Of a stretch of DNA of 64,000 nt, positions 27,838-40,790 are shown in pieces. The stretch's first letter is position 1, and each line of letters starts with the position of its first letter. The position numbers were made by a program, and so were the translations under genes. This DNA is from Mobula hypostoma (lineage: Eukaryota): NCBI RefSeq assembly GCF_963921235.1, contig NC_086097.1:201812001-201876000 (forward strand), written 5' to 3'. The notes under the pieces are model-generated. The model searched no databases. It was not told the origin of the DNA and worked only from the letters and a program-made list of their open reading frames with translations.

Positions 27838-28609
27838 ATCTCCTCTCTCATGCCTCTATAATTTCCTTTACTCCACTGTAGTACTGACACATCTGACTTT
27901 AGCTTCTCCCTCTCTCAAATAACAAGGTGAAGTCTATCATATTATATTCACTGTTTCCTAAGGGTTCCTTTATCTTAAGCTGCCTAATCAAATTTTGTTC
28001 ATTACACAATACCCGATCCAGAATTACCTTTCTCCTGGTTGGCTCAACCACAATCTGCTCAAAAAACCCATCTCGTAGCCATTCTCTCTTTTCGGATCCA
28101 GCACCAACCTGATTTTCCCAATCTACCTGCATATTGAAATCCCCCATGGCAACTGTAACATTGCGCTTCGAATTTCCCATTGTAATTTGTTGCCCACATC
28201 CTGGCTACTGTTTGGAGGCCTGTTTATAACTCCCATCAGGGTCTTTTTACACTTGCAATTTCTTAACTCTACTGACAGGGATTTCACATCTTCCAATCCT
28301 ATGTCACCTCCCTCTAAGGATTTGATTTCACTTTTTTATTAGATACATCTGTACACCTGCTCATTAATGCATATATCTAATCAGCCAATCGTATGATAGC
28401 AAGTGGTTCAGAGTTGTTCAAACATCAAAGATGCAGAGGGTACATCCAAGACCTTCTCTAAAAGCAACATTTGAGGTACTTTGATTTCTCAGAGGAAGCT
28501 GTTACTGAGTTAATGCATATATTGTGGCATCAGATTTAACTGGTAATGGAGTACACTAGAATACTATGGCCCTTAAAATTTAGATTACATAAGGTAATAG
28601 AGAGTCACA

Positions 28610-28961
28610 GAGAGACACAGTATGGAAGCAGAGTCTTCAGCCCATTGAGACTGTACTGGCAATCAAGCACCCATCTATGCTAATTCTACACTAATTCCAT
28701 TTTATTCTTTCGAGATCCCAATCAGCTATCCCAGAGTCTATCATTCATGTGCATGTTAGCAACCAGTTATAGTGGTCAATTAGTCTATCAACCTATTTGT
28801 CTTTGAGATATAGGAGAAAACTAGAGGAACCCAATGAAACCCATGGGGTCACAGGGAGAATGTGCAAACTCCATACAGATGCACTGGAGGTCAAAGTTAA
28901 ACCCATGTCTCAGGAGCTGCAAGACAGAAGCTCCATTAGCTGTGCAACTGAGCATCACCCT
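28610..28961 (-). mobile_element. tRNA-derived SINE with V-SINE-type core
   Basis: Minus strand gtatggagtttgcacattctccctgtgaccccatgggtttc matches the V-domain-like core. Confidence 0.65.
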
Positions 28962-29040
28962 TCCCCTGCACTCTGCTTCGAAACAGATTATTTGATGGAG
29001 TAATACAAGCCAGTCAGTAAGATGATCCTCTGCCAATCAG

Positions 29041-30877
29041 TGACATTTCTTGTTTTATATTCCATCATTGCAATGTCTGTGCAACTACATATCAATTAAA
29101 TAAAAACATGCAAGATGGAGATGGAGTTAGAGATAGAGATGGAGAGAGAGAATGCATAGAAAACGTCAATATGTAGGGCTAAGGAGAGTCATTGCTCTAA
29201 AAGAACTAGATCCATACATTACACTTCCTCCCCCCTTAAATTAATGCAACTTAATCTGTATATGTGCAAAACATTCACTTTCCGTCTCACAAACCATATT
29301 TTGAATAAATAAGCTTCCACAATAACAGTCCATAACTAATTTCACTGTTCTAAGGATTTAATTTTTTGGGTGGCGCTCTGTTTCTTTCAGGATCGTGCCT
29401 CTGGACCTGTGGAGTAGCATTAGGTTAGGCAGGTTTCTTGTCAAAGGCAACATTCTCAGTTGCCAGTGTCAGGTTACTGTCAGTGAGATGATCATCACTA
29501 ACAGGTAAGTCTGGTGGCTATAATGTGTCTGTCTAGTTGGATGCAGTCGACTCAGGTGAGTTATTTGGTTGAACATCCAGTACCTGGTCCATATGGTATC
29601 TCCATGTCTGATCTACAACATCCAGGGCGCACATCAGTGGTCCAATTCTTGTAACTATTCAACCAGTTGTCCACTTGTCTTCTCAATAATCACATGCTAG
29701 GGCTTCCACCCAACCTGGAAGCTCCTTACCACTTCACTTAGCAACTGGATGAATTGTTTATTCTGCACTTCCTTCCGTAGATCTGGTTTCAGGAGCTCTA
29801 TGCGAGATCTCAGATTTCTGCTCATGAACAGCCCTTCAAGTTTTTGATTTGTCATCACATGAACAGAGTTCCAATACACACCAAGGAAATGTCCTTTTTG
29901 CTGTAGTGAAATTTCATCCTTGTCCACTGCTTTAATGAACTTTGAAAGTTTGGATAAATCTTTCAGCTAACCCATTTGTTCCTGGGGTGGTGAGGAGCTG
30001 ACTTGAAATGTCTGATGCCATTTTGCTTCATGAACAGCCTGAATTCGTCTGATGTGTACTGTGGTCCACTGACACTCACAATTTGTTCTGGTAATCCGTT
30101 TCTGGCAAAGGTAGTCCCCAGAGTGAAAACAGTCTTTGCTGAGATGATTAACTTCATTGGTATAACCTCAGACCACTTTGAATGAGCATCCACAGCAATC
30201 AGGAGCATGGAGTCCATGAATGGCCCAGCAAAATCAATATGGACTCTTTGGTGTGGTAACGATGGCCACTCCCATGGGTGTAATGGTGCCTGTGGCAGTG
30301 CATTTTGAACTTTTTGGCATCCCGAACAGCTTTTGGCCAAGTTGTCAATCTCTTTATCTATTCCCTTCTCAAACAGCTTCTCATTAGCATCAAGCAGTTG
30401 TGCCAGTCTCTGGTTAGTGCTAACATTTGGGCTGCTGTTGCCTGTTGATGCTACACTGAGAGCTTTGATCGAGCGCCAGTCTAGTTAGATTTTTCTCAAC
30501 CATTCACGTCTGAAAAGCATTAGCCCTCCACTTTTCAATACACAAAGCTCTAACTGCTGTGTTTGGCCTGCATGCATCACATTCACTTTCAATTTACCTT
30601 TGGTGGACACTTTATTGCTGGCATAGGTCTTTAGAGTCACAAGGTCTTCTCTAATGGTAGCTTAGAAAACGGTCTGTTGTACTCAGCTTCTGAAATTATA
30701 GATAAACCTGACCCTGCATCCAGTTTGTTTTTCAGTTTTACACTAGACACATCTATTGAGATCCAGATGATTTTGTGATCTGCTTCGGTTATACTATGCA
30801 GTTCTAGGAATGACAGCTCACCTTTGTCAGACTCTATGTTGCCTGATTCTGTTTCACATTCAGTCACATTATGCATC
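29041..30877 (-). mobile_element. Internally deleted, 5'-truncated Gypsy LTR retrotransposon remnant (protease, integrase, PPT, probable 3' LTR)
   Basis: KLDAGSGLSII (protease-like); CSGCQ...PWEWP...RVHIDFAGPF...VDAHSKW...GLPEQIVS (rve integrase). On the minus strand the PPT aaggggggaggaag is followed by tgtaa at 29223. The distal LTR end is uncertain. Confidence 0.8.
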
Positions 30878-30879
30878 TC

Positions 30880-32975
30880 AGGATACCCTGGGAATTATAA
30901 ATCTGTGAGTCTTACTTCAGTAGATTATTAAGAGAAAATTCTTACAGATAGGATTTGGAGAAACATAGTCTGATTATAAATAGTCAGCATGGCTTTTTGA
31001 GAGGCAGTTCATGTGTCATGAGCCTTCTTTGAGGAAGAGAAAAAACAAATTGATGAAGGTAGAGCAGTGGATGTTGTAAATATGGAGTTTATTAAGATAT
31101 TTGATAAGGTTCTCCATGGTGAGCTTATTCAGCAAGTCAGGAGGCATGGGATACAGCTACAGTCGACTGTGTGGATTCAGAATTAGTGAACCCATAGAAG
31201 GCAGAGGGAGGTTTTAGTTGAAGTATATTCTGCCTGGAGGTCAGTGACCAGTGTTATTCTACAGGAATCTGTTAGCTGTTATAAATGACTTGGATGAAGA
31301 AAGAGAAATAGAAGGTGGGAGGGGGGTTAGTAACTTAGACCATAAGACTATAAGACATAGGAGCAGAATTAAGACATTTGACCCATCGAGTCTGCTCCGC
31401 CAATCATGGCTGATCCTTTTCTCCCCTCCTCAACCCCACTCCCCGGCCTTCTCCTTGTTACCTTTGGTGCCGTGACAAATCAAGAACCTATCAATTCCCA
31501 CTTTAAATACATCCAACACATGGCCTCCACGGCTGCCTGTGGTAACAAATTCAACAAATGGCCAAAGTTGATTGTAAGGAGACACTAGCAGGGATGACTG
31601 CAGAGCACCAATGGCTGGAGTCTCTGGGAGCAATTCAGAAGGTGCAGGATAAATACATCTCAAAGAAGAGCAAGTATTCTAAAGGCAGAATGACACAACT
31701 GTGGCTGACAAAGGAAGTCAAGCCAACATAAAAGGGCAAATATAAATGGGAAGTTAGAGGATTTGGAAATTTTTAAAATTTTTTAAAAAGTCAACTGAAG
31801 AAAAACCATAGGAGGGGGGGGGAAAGATGAGATCTGCTGGCCAATAATATCAAAGCGGATACCAAAGGTTTTTTTCAGACATATAAAGAGTAAAAGAGAG
31901 TTAAGAGTAGACAAATGGAAAATGACGGTGGAGAGATAGTAACAGGGGACAAGAAAATGGCAAATGAACTGAATAAGTACTTTGCATCAGTCTTCACTGG
32001 GGCAGTATGCCAGAAATTCGATAGTGTCGGGGGCAGAAGTGACTGCAATAGCAATTATGAGGGAGATGGTGCTGGGGAAAACTAAAGGTCTGAAAGTAGG
32101 TAAGTTACCTGGAAGGTAGCTGAAGAGATTGTGGAGGTAATATAAGTAATCTCTCACGAATCACTAGTTTCTGGCATGGTTCCAGAGGAGTGGAAAATTG
32201 CAAAAGTCACACCACTCTTCAAAGGGGGACTGAGACAGAAAAAAAGAAATTATAAGCCAGATAGTCTGACCTCAGTGGTTGGGAAGATGTTGGAGTTGAT
32301 TGTTAAGGATGTGGTATTGGGATAATTAAGAGGCACATGACAAAAGAGGCCGAAGTTAGCATGGTTTCCTTAAGGAAAATTCTTGCCTAACAAACCTGTT
32401 TGAATTATTTGAAGAAATAACAAACAGGACAGACAACGAAGAATCAGTGGATGTTGTGCACTTGGATTTTCAGAAGGCCTTTGACAAGATGACACATGAG
32501 GCTGCTAAACAAGATAAGAACCCAGGGTATTACAGGAAAGATATGAGCATAGATAGAACATTGGCAGATTGGCAGCAGACAAAGAGTGGGAATAAAGGGA
32601 TCCTTTTTGAATGTTGAAAGGCCTAGATAGAGTGGATGTGAAGAGTATTTTCTTTTGGTGGGAGAGTCTAGGACCAGAAAGCATAACCTCAAAATAGAGG
32701 GACATCCATTAAGAACCGAGGTGAGGAGGAATTTCTTTAGCCAGAGGGTGGTGAGTCTGTGGAATTTGTTGCTGCAGGTAGCCGTGCAGGCCAGGACATA
32801 ACACACATTTAAGGCTGAGGTTGATAGGTTCTTGATGAGTGTGGGCATGAAAGATTACGGGGAAGGCAGGAAAATGGGTTTGAAAGGGAAATGGACCAGC
32901 CATGATGAAATGGCGAAGCAGTTTTGACGGGCCAAATAGCCTAATTCAGCTCCTGTACCTTCTGGTCTTTGGTCT
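30880..32975 (+). mobile_element. Composite CR1-like fragments (+ RT piece 30880-31335, inverted tail 31339-31560, + deleted copy 31560-32975)
   Basis: Nucleotide similarity to other CR1 copies (gatgttgtgcacttggattttcagaaggcctttgacaag; 3' UTR). Confidence 0.75.
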
Positions 32976-33004
32976 AATAAATAGGCTGCTTCATGAATAA
33001 AGAG

Positions 33005-33290
33005 GGTGGTGCGGTGGTGCAGTGATGCAACAGGTAATGCTGCCACCTCACAGCTTCAGAAACTCAGGTTTGATCCTGCTGCCTTGCTCCAGATGATGTG
33101 GATTGTTATGTTTTCCTGTAACCATTTGGGTTTCCTTTGGCCGTTCCAGTTTAGGTGAGAGAATCAAGGAAGAGTTTGTGAGCAGGTGAGAGAGAAAAGG
33201 TTAAATAATTGGGGAATGGTAATGCTCTAAGAGGCACATAGACTCAGTGAGCCAACTGTCCATCTTCTGTGTCATGAGAAAATATGAAAT
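33005..33290 (+). mobile_element. Degraded tRNA-derived SINE
   Basis: ggtggtgcagtg A-box-like, ggtttgatcc B-box-like, and V-SINE-like core remnants. Confidence 0.55.
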
Positions 33291-33757
33291 ACACAAATAA
33301 AGAAATTGGGCCCAAAATTACAGCAAGTGCCTGGCACCAACAGAACAGTTTGCTAATTGAGTGACAATGAAAGAAAAACAATCGAATTCCATCCTTGTTC
33401 TATTGCATATAGCAGGTTTATGATATTCTTCAGCAAGAAGATGATAAACAAGGCTAAGCAGTGCCAGTAAATAAATGCAAATATTCCGGTGATGGTAAGA
33501 TCCTGAGCTATCCTAAAAATTATATAGCATATTTATCGGAAGACTGAGTACTTACTTAGGGTGGGAGTTTGCATGAGATCTGCAGAGGCCCACGAAAAGC
33601 TAATCAAGCAAAGGTAATCAATAAAATAACCAACTGATATCACAAAAGTAAAAATTAAACTTTGCTCTGATTTTCCTGGTGTTCTTCTCACTGTGGTGTT
33701 GAATAATAATATCTCAGACGGTTGAAGAAAATTGGTATGGGTCCCCAAATTCTAAGA

Positions 33758-34246
33758 ACTTTTTCTAGGGGCGTAATTGAGAGCATCCTGACTGGCTGCA
33801 TCACTGTCTGGTATGGGGAGTACTTCCCTCAACTGCAGGATTCTATAGGGAGTGGTGCGGACAGCCCAGCGCTTCTGTAGATGTGAACTTCCTACTATTC
33901 AGGACATTTACAAAGACAGGTGAGTAAAAAGGGCCCGAAGGATCATTGGAGACCTGAGTCACCCCAACCATAAACTGTTCCAGCTGCTACCATCCAGGAA
34001 ATGATATCGCAGCATCAAAGCCAGGACAAACAGGATCCAGGATAGCTTCTTCCACCAGGTCATCAGACTGATTAATTCATGCTGACACAACTGTATTCTA
34101 CAATATATTGACTATCCTGTAGTATATACTATTTATTACAAATTACTATAATTTGTACATTGCACAATTAGATGGAGACGTAACGTAAAGATTTTTACTC
34201 CTCATGTACATGAAGGAAGTAAGTAATAAAGTCAATTCAATTCAAT
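33758..34246 (+). mobile_element. Rex/Babar-like 3' fragment
   Basis: gagagcatcctgactggctgcatcact...gatagcttcttccaccagg; (caatt)n tail. Confidence 0.75.
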
Positions 34247-34514
34247 TCCGGTTTTCTAATGCCCACTGGGTTGGGTGCTGTTCAACTGTCACTGTAGGCA
34301 CAACTAGTCAACTTGTTCAATACAGATAACAGCAGCATTCCACACTTTCCCACGCCACACTTCTATCCCCAACCCTGTAGGTGAGTTATATCATTTATAT
34401 ATCACATAGCTCTGGCTGCAAAGTGAATTAATTAAAATCATATCTCTGTTTTATTTTAATTCACTCATAACTATTGACTTAACAGTACACATAATGTATT
34501 TTTGTGTTTTATTA

Positions 34515-34813
34515 TATTGAATTGACTTTATTTCTTACATCCTTCACATATGTGAGAAGTAAAAATCTTAATGTTACGTATCCATCTAAATGTGCAATGT
34601 TCAAATTATAGTAATTTGTAATAAATAGTATATACAGTAAGATATACAACAGAACAGTCGATGTAGCTTAGAAATACAATTGTGTCAGTGTGAATTAATC
34701 AGTCTGATGGCCTGGTTGAAGAAGCTGTCTCGGAGCCTGTTGGTCCTGACTTTAATGCTGCGGTACCATTTCCCGGATGGTAGCAGCTGGAACAGTTTGT
34801 GGTTGGGGTGACT
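34515..34813 (-). mobile_element. Second, inverted copy of the same Rex/Babar-like family
   Basis: Reverse complement of ~33955-34245. Confidence 0.8.
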
Positions 34814-36390
34814 ATTAGACAATCATTATGCAATACTATACCTAATAAAAGAAAGATCAAAACTGGGGACAGAACTTGATACTCCTGCAAATTTCAGATA
34901 AATCAGGAACATTTTTCCAATTTACAACTACTTTGATCAACCAGGAGTCATATGCATCTTTCCATTTCTGTAAAAAGATTATTTTTTTCTTCATGTTTAC
35001 AGAATGTTTTATTTTTGGATCCTTAAAGTCCTCACTGGTAATATCTTTAAGGTGTGGATCAAGTTATCCATTTGCAAAATATTTTCATAATAGTTATATT
35101 CAACAAACATGGACAGGATGCATTGCTTAGGACAAAATGAATAAAATACAAACCATCAACAAAGCAGGATGGCTTTGAATTTACTTCCAAATATTGCTGG
35201 GTTTTTATAATATATTACTGTTTAGATGTTCTGAAACACTGAGTTCATATTAGCTTTGAACTATTTTCTAGCAAGTTACAGAAGGGTTAATTGAATGTTA
35301 TTTTGAGCAATTAAGCAATAGAAAGGAAACTGCTTAACACATGATTGTCCTGCTTTTTGTAGGTGGGTCAAAAAGCGACTTTAAATCCGCAGCAGGACAG
35401 CTATTGTGGAAGATATGGAAGAAGTAATTATCATCACAATTAGTTGCACACTGCAATTAGGAGACATTTAAACAAGACTAGAGCTTGTACGGTTACAACA
35501 GCTGCTAACTGAGAAAGTGTGCAGAATAATGAATATGGTAAAATGACAAGGTAAATTTACTTAAATATGATAAAAGCAGAGGAAGAGAATGAGGAAATGA
35601 TGATGTCACCCTATAGTACCATGTTTCATGGTATAGAAGGAGTCATAAAAATCAGTCCACTGCCATGGTACTGGATTTTTTTGATACAGATGCAGAAACC
35701 TCGCTCGTCACCCGTCATCACCCGTCAGAATTCCAGGTGGCTGTCTGTGAAATCCTGCAGCCTGCTGCCATTCATCTGAATGAATCACATGGAGGTCAGT
35801 TAAATGACACAAAATATCAGAAACAAAGTTTAGGTATAAAAGGGCAGGACTCTACTAACCCACAATCGCAATATTTAATTCTATAATGGCAAAATACAGT
35901 AACAGCACTTATTTCATACGAGCTAAAATAAAAGAAGAACCCACAGAAAGTAACATTAAATAGGAACTGAAGAATCACAAGGAAATAAAAATTTTGATGC
36001 AATTGGAATTTCAATTCTAATACACTAACAGCTGCACCCATTTATATCTTTTTTCCAATTTTGCTTCATATCAGGATTGTTTCATATATTTTGACAACTG
36101 AGATGACGAGACCACCATTTATTTTCCCTGAGTTTCTTGCCACTCTGGGAAGATGATTAATTGAAACTGTTCAACATTAAAAAAAATATTGTACAGCTCC
36201 CAAAGAAGTAGACCTGCATGATTCAAAGCACAATGAAAGAATAAGATCTATTTGAGTTCACAATTGGCATGGAAAACTGAATGCAATAACATTGTCCCTG
36301 CCTGCTTGTTAAATTTCTGCCTTCTTGGGCATTTCCACATAGCTGAACATACAAAAGCTGTTGAATACCCACAGGCTAGGTGATAAAAAC

Positions 36391-36880
36391 TTTCACCAGG
36401 TTGATTCCAGGGATGAAGGGATTAACCTATGACGAGACATTGAGTCGCCTGGGACTATACTCTCTGGAATTCAGAAGAATGAGAGGGGATCTTATAGAAA
36501 CATAAAAAGTTTTGAAAGGGATAGATAAGATAGTAGGAAAGTTGTTTCCATTGGTAGGTGAGACTAGGACCGGGAGACATCGCCTCAAGATTCAGCGGAG
36601 AAGATTTAGGATGGAGATGAAGAGAAACTGTTTTTCCCAGAGAGTGGTGAATCTGTGGAATTCTCTGCCCAGTGAAGCAGTTGAGGCTTCTTAACTAAAT
36701 ATATTTAAGATACAGTTAGATAGATTTTTACATAGCAGGGGAATTAAGGGTTATGGGGAAAAGGCAGCTAGATGAAGCTGAGTTTACGGACAGATCAGCC
36801 ATTATCTTATTGAATGGCAGGGCAGGCTCGATGGGCCGGATGGCCTACTCCTGCTCCTATTTCTGATGTTCTTATGTTCT
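36391..36880 (+). mobile_element. CR1-like LINE 3' end
   Basis: Near-identical to 9477-9963. Confidence 0.9.
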
Positions 36881-37140
36881 ATTTTGTAGATGCTGGTCCT
36901 CCCCATGAACCAAAGAGTGAGTAGAGCACAAAGTTAGTGATATCTGTCTTTTTACTGGACAACTAAGGTCCTAAATTGCACCCTCTGTATGCATCCATGG
37001 GTTTAGTGCTAGAATGGAATTCCACCTCACATGCAACATTTTATCAGTAAAATATGGAATGCTACAATGGCAACACATAGCTTTGACACAGTGATATCAA
37101 AACCAAATAATAATTTTATATAATAATTTGAATTTTATCG

Positions 37141-38210
37141 GACCATAAGACATAGGAGAAGAATTAGGCCATTTGGCCCATCAAGTCTGCTCTGCCATTC
37201 CATCATGGCTGATTTATTATCCCTCACGAACCAGCGTTGTCCCCATAACCTTTGATGTCCTTACTAATCAATAACCTATCAACCTCCACTTCAAATATAC
37301 CCAATTACACGGCTTCCACAGTCATTCATAGCAATAATTTCTATTTAAAGAAATTCTTCCTAAAAGTACATCCTTTTATTCTGAGGCTGTACCATTTGGT
37401 CTAAGGCTCACCCACTAATGAAAACATCCCCTCACATCCACTCTGTCTAAACCTTTCAATATGCAATAGATTTCAATGAGTTACCCTGATGCTTCTAAAC
37501 TCCAGTCAGTACAGGCTCACAGCCATCAAATACTCCTCATACATTAACCCTTTCATTCTTGGTATCATTTTTGTGAACCTCTCCAATGCCAGCACATCTT
37601 TTCTCAGATAAGTGACCCACAACTGCTCAGAATATACCAAGTGTGGTCTGACCAATGCCTTATAAATGCTCAGCATCATACCCTTGCTTTTATATTTCAG
37701 TCCTTTCAAAATGAATGCAAACATTGCATTTGTCTTCCTTACCATTGACTCAACCTGCAAGTTAACTTTAAGAGAATCCTGCACAAGGACACCCAAGTCT
37801 CTTTGCACCACACATCAAAGTTGCTGGTGGACACAGCAGGCCAGGCAGCATCTCTAGGAAGAGGTACAGTCGACGTTTCAGGCCGAGACCCTTCACCTCT
37901 GATTTTTGAATTGTTTGCCAATTTATAAAATAATCTATACCCTTATTCTGTCTTTCAAAGTGCATGACCATACATTTCCTTACACTGTATTCCATCTACC
38001 ACTAATTTATACATCCTCCTAATCTGTCTAAGACTCCCTACTTTCCCAACACTACCTGCCTGTCCATCTATCTTTGTATTTTCTGCAAACTTAGCCACAT
38101 AGCCATCAATTCTATCATCCAAATCACAGACATATAAAGTGTAAAGAAGCAATCCTAACACTGAACCCTGTGGAACGCCACTAGTCAACAGCAACTAATC
38201 AGGAAAGGCC
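37141..38210 (-). mobile_element. CR1-like LINE 3' RT fragment
   Basis: [11 protein letters not shown]...KFAENTKI; RDLGVLVQDSLK...LVRPHLVY. Confidence 0.85.
37810..37895 (-). mobile_element. ~86-bp PLE 3' tail insertion (5'-truncated hammerhead) inside CR1
   Basis: Matches the PLE tail; flanked by cacc direct repeats (37806-37809, 37894-37897); the CR1 sequence resumes on both sides. Confidence 0.8.
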
Positions 38211-39056
38211 CTCCATGAAATTTTGGAAATGGGCAGTAGGTCAGAGGTAGTTATAGATTTTACTTCAATATTACACCAGTCCAGCTTAATAACATCACTT
38301 TTCAGCCTATTTTTATCTTCTGCTGGTAACTATACACATTGCAAAAATGTGCTTTTGTATTTAAAATTCTTATTTTTGAAGTGTATTCCTGTTTTTTTTT
38401 CTTTGGGGTCTCCTTACCTTGTCCTTAATTATCTCCATGCCAGTAGATGTCTACTGAGGTAAAGATATTCATCAGTTTAATAACATTGGTGAGCTTCAGT
38501 AGCATATTGGCCACTGTGGGTGGTATAAAGGCTTGGTAAGTACTGCATCTGTCCGACAGCTCCAGTTTTATTACCTCTAAACTGGCTGTCATGAGTTGGC
38601 AAATTCTTCCCATGACCGCAAGGATTTCTCTGAATGTTCCTACTTCTTCCCACACCTCAAAGATTATGCTGGGCATCATGTCTTCTGACTATCGTAACTG
38701 GGTGGTGCAACAATCTAGGAGTGGGGATGTTACCAGGTATTTGTGAAAAAAGAGATTGCATGATGGGATTAGGTTATGTAATGGGATTATTCTCAGAGAG
38801 AGCATAGACTCAATAGGTCATGGACCTCCTTCTCTGGGTGGTGGGGAGGAGATACATCTCTAGCAAAGGAGGTGTAAAGTGTTCCTTCCCTCCACTAGCC
38901 TATAGGTTACCCTTGGACAAAGTGTAGCACCTACTTAGCCAACCATCACCCCCCCCACCCCCACAGTCCACAATCAGGTGGTCGTATGAGCAGCTGGTGC
39001 ATATCACAAGTCCTGGTTATGTGACCATTGATACTAGGCAGACAATCTCTGAAGAG

Positions 39057-40790
39057 CAACATACATCAAAGTTGCTGGTGAACGCAGCAGGCCAAGCAGC
39101 ATCTATAGGAAGAGGCGCAGTCAACGTTTCAGGCCAAGACCCTTCGTCAGGACTAACTGAAGGAAGAGTGAGTAAGGGATTTGAAAGCTGGAGGGGGAGG
39201 GGGAGATGCAAAATGATAGGAGAAGACAGGAGGGGGAGGGATAGAGCCGAGAGCTGGACAGGTGATAGGCAAAAGGGGATACGAGAGGATCATGGGACAG
39301 GAGGTCCGGGAAGAAAGACAAGGGGGGGGGTGACCCAGAGGATGGGCAAGAGGTATATTCAGAGGGACAGAGGGAGAAAAAGGAGAGTGAGAGAAAGAAT
39401 GTGTGCATAAAAATGAGTAACAGATGGGGTACGAGGGGGAGGTGGGGCCTTAGTGGAAGTTAGAGAAGTCGATATTCATGCCATCAGGTTGGAGGCTACC
39501 CAGACGGAATATAAGGTGTTGTTCCTCCAACCTGAGTGTGGCTTCATCTTTACAGTAGAGGAGGCCGTGGATAGACATGTCAGAATGGGAATGGGATGTG
39601 GAATTAAAATGTGTGGCCACTGGGAGATCCTGCTTTCTCTGGTGGACAGAGCATAGATGTTCAGCAAAGCGGTCTCCCAGTCTGCGTCGGGTCTCACCAA
39701 TATATAAAAGGCCACATCAGGAGCACCGGACGCAGTATATCACCCCAGTCGACTCACAGGTGAAGTGATGCCTCACCTGGAAGGACTGTTTGGGGCCCTG
39801 AATGGTGGTAAGGGAGGAAGTGTAAGGGCATGTGTAGCACTTGTTCCGCTTACACGGATAAGTGCCAGGAGGGAGATCAGTGGGGAGGGATGGGGGGGAC
39901 GAATGGACAAGGGAGTTGTGTAGGGAGCGATCCCTGCGGAATGCAGAGAGAGGGGGGGAGGGAAAGATGTGCTTAGTGGTGGGATCCCGTTGGAGGTGGC
40001 GGAAGTTACGGAGAATAATATGTTGGACCCGGAGGCTGGTGGGGTTGTAGGTGAGGACCAGGGGAACCTTATTCCTAGTGGGGTGGTGGGAGGATGGAGT
40101 GAGAGCAGATGTACGTGAAATGGGGGAGATGCGTTTAAGAGCAGAGTTGATAGTGGAGGAAGGGAAGCCCCTTTCTTTAAAAAAGGAAGACATCTCCCTC
40201 GTCCTAGAATGAAAAGCCTCATCCTGAGAGCAGATGCGGCGGAGACGGAGGAATTGCGAGAAGGGGATGGCGTTTTTGCAAGAGACAGGGTGAGAAGAGG
40301 AATAGTCCAGATAGCTGTGAGAGTCAGTAGGCTTATAGTAGACATCAGTGGATAAGCTGTCTCCAGAGACAGAGACAGAAAGATCTAGAAAGGGGAGGGA
40401 GGTGTCGGAAATGGACCAGGTAAACTTGAGGGCAGGGTGAAAGTTGGAGGCAAAGTTAATAAAGTCAACGAGTTCTGCATGCGTGCAGGAAGCAGCGCCA
40501 ATGCAGTCGTCAATGTAGCGAAGGAAAAGTGGGGGACAGATACCAGAATAGGCACGGAACATAGATTGTTCCACAAACCCAACAAAAAGGCAGGCATAGC
40601 TAGGACCCATACGGGTGCCCATAGCTACACCTTTAGTTTGGAGGAAATGGAAGGAGCAAAAGGAGAAATTATTAAGAGTAAGGACTAATTCCGCTAGACG
40701 GAGCAGAGTGGTGGTAGAGGGGAACTGATTAGGTCTGCAATCCAAAAAGAAGCGTAGAGCTTTGAGACCTTCCTGATGGGGGATGGAAGT
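39057..40790 (-). mobile_element. Penelope-like (Neptune-type) retroelement, 5'-truncated: RT core, Cys linker, GIY-YIG, 3' UTR
   Basis: QTKGVAMGTRMGPSYA, FLRYIDD, LPFLDL and CKRNKCYTC motifs. A single TGA at 39717-39719 (CGA in the copy at 458-460) interrupts the frame before YIG; natural stop at ~39450. Confidence 0.92.
39119..39154 (-). ncRNA. Minimal type I hammerhead ribozyme with intact catalytic core
   Basis: Minus strand AGUC-CUGACGA-A-GGGUCUUGGCCU-GAAA-CGUU-GACU: perfect helix I, GUU cleavage triplet, palindromic ACGU helix III. Confidence 0.75.

Larger units (their letters stand above)
25550..28330 (-). mobile_element. CR1-like LINE ORF2 (APE + RT), split by later insertions at 26922-27420 and 27637-27837
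   Basis: MGDFNMQVDW (APE), NYRPVGLTS, DVVYLVFQKSLDKVPH and TSGVLQG occur in collinear order. Confidence 0.85.

Noticed and set aside
38845..38945. Possible HDV-like ribozyme in the RTE-tailed SINE
   Set aside because: I could not build the nested double pseudoknot by eye.
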